This document shows positions 5,557-11,589 of a stretch of 11,589 bases of DNA, in pieces. The DNA is taken from positions 1 through 11,589 of the forward strand of contig CAZXZO010000036.1 of assembly GCA_964645485.1 (NCBI GenBank), written 5' to 3'. Each line of letters opens with the position of its first letter. The stretch's first letter is position 1. The translations under genes and the position numbers were made by a program. This stretch comes from an uncultured Candidatus Poseidoniales archaeon. GTDB taxonomy: Archaea > Thermoplasmatota > Poseidoniia > Poseidoniales > Thalassarchaeaceae. The notes beneath the pieces are model-generated. The model did not search any database. It was given only the letters and a program-made list of their open reading frames with translations, and was not told the origin of the DNA.

Positions 5557-7062
5557 TCAAAGAACAGGTTGTTGGCGTAGCCATTCTAAGTCAGAGATGT
5601 ATAATTGGCGGATATCATCTAATCCAAGTACAAGCATAGCCAATCTTTCAAGCCCCATTCCCCACGCGCAAACAGGCCATTTGACACCCAAAGGTTCAGT
5701 CACTTCGGGGCGGAAAATTCCCGCGCCACCCAACTCAAGCCACTTTCCTCTCCATTTAACCTCAACCTCCATGCTAGGCTCGGTGTAGGGGAAGTAAGCC
5801 GGGCGAACTCGAACTTCTGGGTAACCCATTTTGGTGTAGAATTCTTTGAGTGTCGTGACAAGCATTGGAAGGCTCGCTTCGGGCTCCATGATAATCCCCT
5901 CAATCTGGTGAAACTCAGGTAAATGAGTCCGGTCAATACTCTCCTTGCGGAACACTCTGCCGATGCTAAAAACGCGGCAAGGCTTGTCCGGATTTTCCTC
6001 CAAATGTTGCACTGTGTTGACGGTTGTATGTGTGCGTAACATCCCTTTTTCAGAAATTTCCGAGGAAAATTCTCCACCCCAACCAATGCTTCCGGTCTCT
6101 CCTCCACTTTCGTGTACATCTGCCCATTGCTGGGTTCTTTCACTTGGTAAGGGAACAGATTTTGGGTTGTCAAGGTAGAAAGTATCCTGCATTTCTCTTG
6201 CTGGATGGTCTTGTGGGATGAATAATGCATCCATATTCCAACCTGCAGTCGTGACATAATCGCCTTCGATTTCAGTGAATCCCATTTCTAGGAAAATTGC
6301 ACGAATTCTCTCAATTAATGCTTGCATTGGATGAGTTTTTCCAACTTGTGGCATGGGTGCTTCACGAGTGACATCGTATGGTTTGAAATCGGCTGTGCGC
6401 CATTCTTCACCTTGTAGAAGTTCAGGTGTAATGTCTGCTACCACAAGTCGCTCCTCAAGTTCTGAATCATTTACGGCTCTACCATCAGTTGTCAGTTTCC
6501 AAGTTCTAATCACCTCTTCTGAGGAGGTGATGATTCCTTTGCGGGCGGCGAAGTAGTCAATTTGTGAGTCATCTAGGTCGTTTTCTTGTACGCCGTTTCC
6601 CTCAGATTCAGAAAGTTGAGAGATAAATGCGGCCCGTATTTCCAAGGTTGCTGTGATAGCACCTGTTGATGATGGGACAACAAATTGGCCCCGCTCTAAT
6701 TGGATTCCAAGGTCTTTGAGTAGGCCGATTCCAGCCCCTGATTCCCGTTTTTCAACAACATCAGAGGATTGCAATTCTTTCATGCCAACTTGGCCTTCTT
6801 GCCCTGATAGCCAATCCCATATTCTTTGTTCAAGAAGGCCGTTTTCAGCAGCGGCTTGACCTTCTGTGGCAAGCCGCCAAATCTTGTTCCGGCTTTCGGT
6901 TTGATTGACCAATCCCAACTCAGCAAGTGAGCCGCCAGCACCGGCTACATGGGCTTGGTCTTCCCAGCCACATGATTCGAGAAGCGGTGCTAAATCCCAG
7001 ACACGTTCAGGCTCAGAAAGCATCGCTTTGAGCATACGGCGCTCGTTGTTACTCAACTCCAT
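5557..7062 (-). CDS. pheS: Phenylalanine--tRNA ligase alpha subunit, archaeal/eukaryote-type long form (501 aa)
   Basis: Class II aaRS motifs: HP-x5-ERIRAIFLEMGF-x-E (motif 1), QDHPAREMQDTF, FRKESIDRTHLPEFHQIEG (motif 2), YFPYTEPS, WGMGLERLAM (motif 3). It has the long N-terminal extension typical of archaeal PheS and a GGAGG RBS at 7074-7070. Confidence 0.97.
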   Translation of the reverse strand: MELSNNERRMLKAMLSEPERVWDLAPLLESCGWEDQAHVAGAGGSLAELGLVNQTESRNKIWRLATEGQAAAENGLLEQRIWDWLSGQEGQVGMKELQSSDVVEKRESGAGIGLLKDLGIQLERGQFVVPSSTGAITATLEIRAAFISQLSESEGNGVQENDLDDSQIDYFAARKGIITSSEEVIRTWKLTTDGRAVNDSELEERLVVADITPELLQGEEWRTADFKPYDVTREAPMPQVGKTHPMQALIERIRAIFLEMGFTEIEGDYVTTAGWNMDALFIPQDHPAREMQDTFYLDNPKSVPLPSERTQQWADVHESGGETGSIGWGGEFSSEISEKGMLRTHTTVNTVQHLEENPDKPCRVFSIGRVFRKESIDRTHLPEFHQIEGIIMEPEASLPMLVTTLKEFYTKMGYPEVRVRPAYFPYTEPSMEVEVKWRGKWLELGGAGIFRPEVTEPLGVKWPVCAWGMGLERLAMLVLGLDDIRQLYISDLEWLRQQPVL

Positions 7063-7143
7063 ACGGCTCCCTCCAATGTGCCCGGAAAGCCGGAGTGCCT
7101 TGAATCAATTGGAGATGACAAGGTAATTATTCACTCTTTTTCA

Positions 7144-7293
7144 TCACGGCTTTGCTTCTTCAACCCAGTCGAACGCTAGTACAAACAGAGCCGCTCCCGC
7201 TAGCCCAATCGGTGCACCAATTTCGATGTATGCAGGGCTAGGACATATCACTCCAGATGCAACTATCATGCATAACCAAGCCGCGATGAACAC
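7144..7293 (-). pseudogene. Truncated, diverged copy of the 5' (two-TM) part of the 9794-10264 gene; could be a 49-aa mini membrane protein
   Basis: VFIAAWLCMIVASGVICPSPAYIEIGAPIGLAGAALFVLAFDWVEEAKP aligns without gaps to MFITSWLCMIIASGVIFASPAYIAIGAPIGIAGAVMFLLAFARVEEPKP. It ends in tandem TGA TGA and lacks the Zn-ribbon half. Confidence 0.75.
7148..7291. repeat. Imperfect direct repeat, copy B (copy A = 10095-10238)
   Basis: Manual ungapped alignment gives 113/144 identical nucleotides (~78%). Confidence 0.9.
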
Positions 7294-7387
7294 TTTCACA
7301 ACATTCAAATTAAATCTCAATACATTCTTTTTTATTCCACACACTTTAATTAATTCTTTATGAATACATAGAAAAAATGATATTGAG

Positions 7388-9559
7388 TCAAGTATCTCTT
7401 GATTTAGGTCTTAATTGAATCCCAATGAGAATACTCAAGGAGAATACTAAGCCAAAGCCAATCGGTACCAATAATAAATTCCTAATTAGCGAATCTGTTT
7501 CATTAATCACCTGAATCTCTGAATCGTCAAAAGAGTTATTTTGAGTATTTCCTGTCTCTTGACCAACTTTTTCGGGCATAGATTCATCGGGAGTTTGTTC
7601 TTCTGTGAGTGTATTATCATCAGAAGAGTTATTCTGTGAAGTTCCATTTTTGGGGGGAGTTGAATTTGGCTCTTCCATATATTCCAAGCAGATGATATTA
7701 TAATTTGTGTAGTTCACTGAGATAATGATTTGGGTAATAAAATTGATACATGTGCCATTATCAAATCCGTATTCAAATTCACTCGGTCCAGTTGATGTTG
7801 TTAACCCGTTTATTTCTACATTGAACGAAATTGGATTGAGATGCTGAATCTTTAGATTCGAAATCGAATCAAGATAAATCATTGATGTATAATTTGGGAA
7901 ATCGAAAAATAAATCTTGCCCTGAGTTTTCCTCAATTACAATGTGTGTGTTGGGAATTATATCAATCCTGATAAAAGATGTAGGGCATTTGAAGTTGGAA
8001 AATTCCAATGAGAGATTCTCTATAGATAATTCCACTTGAAATAAACCTAGGTAATAATCATCAATCGTGAAAATAAAAGTGCCATTGAGATTGGTTTCTT
8101 TTAACAATGTGCATAAATTTTGATAATTTGAAAAGGATAGTCCTTCCTCATTTCGTTTATTTATTGACATGTTCATTTCAGTAAATTGGAAAGTGAATTT
8201 ATCATCATCGGTAATATTAATTTGCCCCTCCGTCATCATTTTGTTTGTTTGATTTAGGAATTTGACATTTGTTAACCATTGATGTTGTTTGAGATTTAAT
8301 GTGAAATTTGCAAGTATTCGTTTGCCAAACACTGAACTGTTGGAATGAAGTAGGGCTGATATTGATTCTTTTGATTCATTGAAATCCAATAAAGTCATAT
8401 TGGATAATGACAAATTATTTGCTATAAGGGTGTTGTTACTATTCCTCATATACATCGAAGATTGTATTCCGGCCAATTCATCATTCCAAACACGATCAAA
8501 TTTGTAAGCAATCTTACATTCCGATATATCATGAAGTGGTTCTTCCCAATTGTCAGCTACTGCAGCAATTCTTGATTGGTTGAATGAATATACTACTCCA
8601 AGACTTGGTAAATTTTTAAAACTTGAAGAAAACAAAACAGAGTTATTACAACCGAGTTCCAACCACATAATTTCTTGATCCCAAATAGAGCGGTGATGTG
8701 TCACATTAATATTGGTTCTAATGTTTGGATTATTTATATCTATTATCTCAATTTGTGATTCATTCATTGAAATTGCAATCTTTCCGTCGTGCACATCAAA
8801 AGGCCCCCCGTGCACCATATCTACCACTAACTGATGTCGATAACGGAATTCGGATGATAATTTAGTCAACAAAGAAAATTCACCAGAATTAAGGCTGAAA
8901 CTAGAGATTGTACGGTTGTATATATCGATTGCTCGGAGGAAGTACAGGGACCCATTGTCATATTTTACATCCATTAGTCCAGAGAAATAATTAATATAAA
9001 AACTGGAGGTGTTAGAAAAGGTAAAGTTACTATTTTGGTCACTATATGTGTTGATGAAAATTTTGTCGTTATTCGCTATGGTTTGATAAAACGCTGTTCT
9101 TGAGTTGTCACACACAATCCTGCCAGAGAGATTTAAATCTACATGAAAGGTTGTGGCATTATTAAGATCTATAACGCTTACAACAGTAGAGTTCCTAACT
9201 ATGGCTGATGACTCAAACATACAGACGAGTTTTTGGTTGCGAAGATCTAAATCTTTGTCAGGAGCAACTCCATCTTGTAATACAAGTGTGCTATTTCGCG
9301 GCCTTCCGTCTGCATCCAAGACAGCTATATTGTAAAGAAGAAAATTTCCTCTTAGGCCGATATGAGGTAACGGGGAATCATCAACTAGGCGTTTATTTTC
9401 CCAATAAAGTGAATCGTTATAATTTTCTTCATCGTATTCAAAATAATAACTACTGTGCCAAGCCGGGCTAATTTGGGTAAAGTCATCTGAATTATTCAAC
9501 CATAAAGGGTTAACGAGTATCATAATGAGCCCTATAGAAATGGGGATTGTAAGTTTCAC
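7388..9559 (-). CDS. Large Asn-rich exported surface glycoprotein with C-terminal TM anchor, function unknown (~723 aa)
   Basis: GAGGTGA RBS (9571-9565) lies 5 nt before GTG 9559. Hydrophobic N-terminus (LTIPISIGLIMILV). More than 30 N-x-S/T sequons by manual count. Low-complexity acidic stalk, then TM LLLVPIGFGLVFSLSILIGIQL and basic tail RPKSRDT. Confidence 0.8.
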   Translation of the reverse strand: MKLTIPISIGLIMILVNPLWLNNSDDFTQISPAWHSSYYFEYDEENYNDSLYWENKRLVDDSPLPHIGLRGNFLLYNIAVLDADGRPRNSTLVLQDGVAPDKDLDLRNQKLVCMFESSAIVRNSTVVSVIDLNNATTFHVDLNLSGRIVCDNSRTAFYQTIANNDKIFINTYSDQNSNFTFSNTSSFYINYFSGLMDVKYDNGSLYFLRAIDIYNRTISSFSLNSGEFSLLTKLSSEFRYRHQLVVDMVHGGPFDVHDGKIAISMNESQIEIIDINNPNIRTNINVTHHRSIWDQEIMWLELGCNNSVLFSSSFKNLPSLGVVYSFNQSRIAAVADNWEEPLHDISECKIAYKFDRVWNDELAGIQSSMYMRNSNNTLIANNLSLSNMTLLDFNESKESISALLHSNSSVFGKRILANFTLNLKQHQWLTNVKFLNQTNKMMTEGQINITDDDKFTFQFTEMNMSINKRNEEGLSFSNYQNLCTLLKETNLNGTFIFTIDDYYLGLFQVELSIENLSLEFSNFKCPTSFIRIDIIPNTHIVIEENSGQDLFFDFPNYTSMIYLDSISNLKIQHLNPISFNVEINGLTTSTGPSEFEYGFDNGTCINFITQIIISVNYTNYNIICLEYMEEPNSTPPKNGTSQNNSSDDNTLTEEQTPDESMPEKVGQETGNTQNNSFDDSEIQVINETDSLIRNLLLVPIGFGLVFSLSILIGIQLRPKSRDT

Positions 9560-9673
9560 CAATGTCACCTCAGTTTGATTGTGAAATATGGTAAACCACT
9601 TCTAACCTTTGTTCATTATTATAACTAGTAATTGACGGTGGTAACAAGGCTGATGAAAAGAGTAAGAAAACTG

Positions 9674-9700
9674 AAAAAAATAACGGGGCGGATTTCAGCC
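9674..9700 (-). terminator. Putative terminator of the aminotransferase/Zn-ribbon operon
   Basis: On the minus strand a GGGC-TGAAATCC-GCCC hairpin is followed by CGTTATTTTTTT and further T-rich sequence, about 95-120 nt downstream of the stop at 9794. Confidence 0.4.
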
Positions 9701-9793
9701 CTCTCATCAGCATGATGACGCCAAACTATTAGTTAATATTTTCTAATTCATGTCTATTTGGGTTTTATGGCTCAAACTTATATTTTCCCACAA

Positions 9794-10264
9794 TTATTCA
9801 GCGTCGAGATATAAATCAAGTTCGTTTGGAGAAACTTTTTGCTCATCTGTTGACCATTTTTCGTCGTCCTTATCCTCAGGATTGTCCCACAAAAGTGTGT
9901 CACATCCATGGCAAATAAAAGTCTGGGGGCGTGGTCCATCGAGCCAAGTTAATTCACCACATTTACCACACAAAACACTGGTGCGTACGGGTTCGTCTAA
10001 GGTTGTATCAATGCGATACATGATGCTCCCCTCTGCCCCATCTGGGAGTTCACCAGATTCAGGTGCCCAATCTCGAATATCTTTCTCGCTCATGGGTTTG
10101 GGTTCTTCGACTCGGGCAAATGCCAGCAAAAACATAACTGCGCCCGCAATCCCAATTGGTGCACCAATTGCAATGTATGCAGGGCTTGCAAAAATCACCC
10201 CGGACGCAATTATCATGCATAACCAAGACGTGATGAACATGTTAGCCCGAGTATTGCTAGCCAC
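9794..10264 (-). CDS. Hypothetical membrane protein: two N-terminal TM helices plus C-terminal Zn-ribbon-like domain (156 aa)
   Basis: Hydrophobic hairpin at about residues 9-50, then LCGKCG-x15-ICHGCD (two CxxC) and an acidic tail. GTG start lies 9 bp after the aminotransferase stop with a GAGGG RBS; ATG 10240 is an alternative start. Confidence 0.8.
   Translation of the reverse strand: MASNTRANMFITSWLCMIIASGVIFASPAYIAIGAPIGIAGAVMFLLAFARVEEPKPMSEKDIRDWAPESGELPDGAEGSIMYRIDTTLDEPVRTSVLCGKCGELTWLDGPRPQTFICHGCDTLLWDNPEDKDDEKWSTDEQKVSPNELDLYLDAE
10095..10238. repeat. Imperfect direct repeat, copy A (within the Zn-ribbon gene)
   Basis: Same alignment as copy B. Shared blocks include GGTGCACCAATT, ATGTATGCAGGGCT and TATCATGCATAACCAAG. 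Confidence 0.9.
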
Positions 10265-10273
10265 ATCAGTCCC

Positions 10274-11575
10274 TCATTTGGTAAGGCTGTGCCACGCATC
10301 AATGAGGATTTCTACTGCCCGCTCAACTTGATTGCTCCCAATTGAGCAGATACCAATTCTGATTCCACCTCTAAGTGGGACTACATATAATTGAGATTCA
10401 GATGCCTTTTCGGCCATTGCAACAGGGTCATCACAGGGAATGAAAGCAAAGTAACCATCATCAGATGGCATTAGGGGTAAATTGGATTTTGCCATTGCAG
10501 CATTGAATATCCTTCGACGTTGTGAAAGCAAGTGTTTCAATCTTGTTTTTTCTTCCCCCCACGCGTGAGCCTCTGATTCACTAGTGTGAATTGAGATTAG
10601 CGCAGACTGTGGGAGGCGGGGTGCGAGAGACCAAGTCCCTCTTCCAGTAACTGCACAAACCTCGCTAAGTCTGGTGACATAGTCCTCTGAAGGGTGAAGA
10701 AACACAATTGCTCCACATCTAAGGCCATAAATCGTGTGTGATTTTGAAGCCGAAAAGCCCCAGCAAATAAGCAAATTTTCGGGCCATTCAGCCCATGAGA
10801 ACTTTTTGTGTATTGTTTCTGACCAGCCGTATGGTTCGTCTGCATAGACTGCATAAGCAGTGTCGAGGAATAATGTGACTCCAATTTCGGGGTGATTTCT
10901 AGCACAATTTAGGAATGCGTCTAGAACCAAATCCCTGCCCTCAGAATCTAGTGAAATCCCGGTCGGGTTATGTGCTGGGTCATTGAGCCACGATAGAATT
11001 CTGCTCTGAGATGTTGCGATATTTTCAAGGGTTGACTCAAGGGCTGGCAAGTTTACCTTTTCATGTCCATTTTCTTCGTTGAGAATTGGCCATTCTCCAA
11101 TAGTTAATCCACATTCTGCTGCTAAAGTATCGTACGGAGACCAGCGTCGAGAACGAAATAATATCGTATCACCAACCGCTAACATAGTTCTAGCAGAGAG
11201 ATAGAGTGCACCAGTTCCACCAGGGGTTGCAACTGAGTCGCTGTGTAATCCTATATCTTGTAGGCTAGCAAGCCTTGGGCCGATTGCCAATTCAGCGGCT
11301 AATTTCTTGAAATTTGGCAAGCCAGAAAGCGGTGCATACGATGAAAAATCAACATCAGACTGCTTGCGAAGTGAATCCATTACAACGCTGTTGACAGCGA
11401 GTGCCCCATCATCTTCAAGCAGGCTACCAACGGTTCCGTTTATCGCTGGTTCACCAAGTGCCTTGGCTTGTAGATATCTACCGTACCATGCAAAAATCGT
11501 ATCGGAACCGGTTTTTTTCTTGCTCTCCGCGGGCAGAAAGGTATCCTCAAGGCGACCTAAATCCACAGCAACCAC
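10274..11575 (-). CDS. PLP-dependent aminotransferase class I/II (aspartate/aromatic aminotransferase-like); start uncertain at window edge
   Basis: Fold-type-I motifs: INGTVG, TPGGTGAL, DPAHNPTG, LDTAY (PLP-binding Asp/Tyr), SASKSHTIYGLRCG (Schiff-base Lys) and C-terminal GIRIG (carboxylate-binding Arg). The frame stays open to the window end. Confidence 0.92.
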   Translation of the reverse strand: MVAVDLGRLEDTFLPAESKKKTGSDTIFAWYGRYLQAKALGEPAINGTVGSLLEDDGALAVNSVVMDSLRKQSDVDFSSYAPLSGLPNFKKLAAELAIGPRLASLQDIGLHSDSVATPGGTGALYLSARTMLAVGDTILFRSRRWSPYDTLAAECGLTIGEWPILNEENGHEKVNLPALESTLENIATSQSRILSWLNDPAHNPTGISLDSEGRDLVLDAFLNCARNHPEIGVTLFLDTAYAVYADEPYGWSETIHKKFSWAEWPENLLICWGFSASKSHTIYGLRCGAIVFLHPSEDYVTRLSEVCAVTGRGTWSLAPRLPQSALISIHTSESEAHAWGEEKTRLKHLLSQRRRIFNAAMAKSNLPLMPSDDGYFAFIPCDDPVAMAEKASESQLYVVPLRGGIRIGICSIGSNQVERAVEILIDAWHSLTK

Positions 11576-11589
11576 AACTGCGACAGAAT

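Larger units (their letters stand above)
7144..9790. mobile_element. Putative horizontally acquired AT-rich islet; no mobility gene seen
   Basis: Sharp compositional shift in sampled lines: 8161-8220 is 15/60 GC, versus 33/60 GC for 6841-6900 in pheS. It holds one long Asn/Ile-rich ORF, lies between housekeeping genes and is bordered by a diverged gene fragment. No integrase, transposase or terminal repeats were found. Confidence 0.5.

Noticed and set aside
5700-6257. 185-aa alternative-frame ORF inside pheS, and the other short ORFs nested in or antisense to long genes
   Set aside because: Fully overlapped by well-supported genes, with no RBS, domain or motif evidence.
7294-7344. 5' extension of the 66-aa ORF (MCGIKKNVLRFNLNVVK)
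   Set aside because: AT-rich sequence with no similarity to the full-length paralog; homology starts at GTG 7293.
9640-9720. Hammerhead ribozyme suggested by CTGATGA on both strands
   Set aside because: No stem II closed by GAAA at the required position, and no compatible stems I/III with a UH cleavage site.
9750-10331. 193-aa plus-strand ORF
   Set aside because: Antisense shadow of the Zn-ribbon gene; Ser-rich with no motifs. The substitution pattern in the repeat supports the minus-strand frame.
1-11589. CRISPR array, IS element, rRNA or selenocysteine/readthrough signals
   Set aside because: No regularly spaced repeats, transposase motifs, terminal inverted repeats or rRNA-like sequence. 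The TGA TGA at 7141-7146 is not followed by in-frame homology to the Zn-ribbon half.

Overview
Archaeal-type window, most likely from a marine Thermoplasmatota such as Ca. Poseidoniales/MGII. This is inferred from a ~500-aa archaeal-type PheS, GGTG/GGAGG ribosome-binding sites and very acidic membrane-anchored proteins. It has three parts. (1) tRNA-Ala(UGC) at the left edge. (2) A four-gene cell-surface cassette (201-5543): a membrane-anchored cupredoxin-like protein lacking the type-1 Cu ligands, transcribed divergently across a 49-bp symmetric intergenic region from two paralogous membrane-anchored LVIVD-type beta-propeller proteins and a Sco/SenC copper-chaperone lipoprotein. The two propellers share 7 aligned His plus an N-terminal HxHx5H motif. 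I propose this cassette as a candidate uncharacterised extracellular copper-enzyme system; this is inference and no activity is shown. (3) A minus-strand housekeeping run (class I/II aminotransferase, 2-TM/Zn-ribbon protein, pheS). It is interrupted by an AT-rich islet carrying a sequon-rich surface protein and a ~78%-identical truncated copy of the Zn-ribbon gene, whose differences fall mostly at third codon positions.
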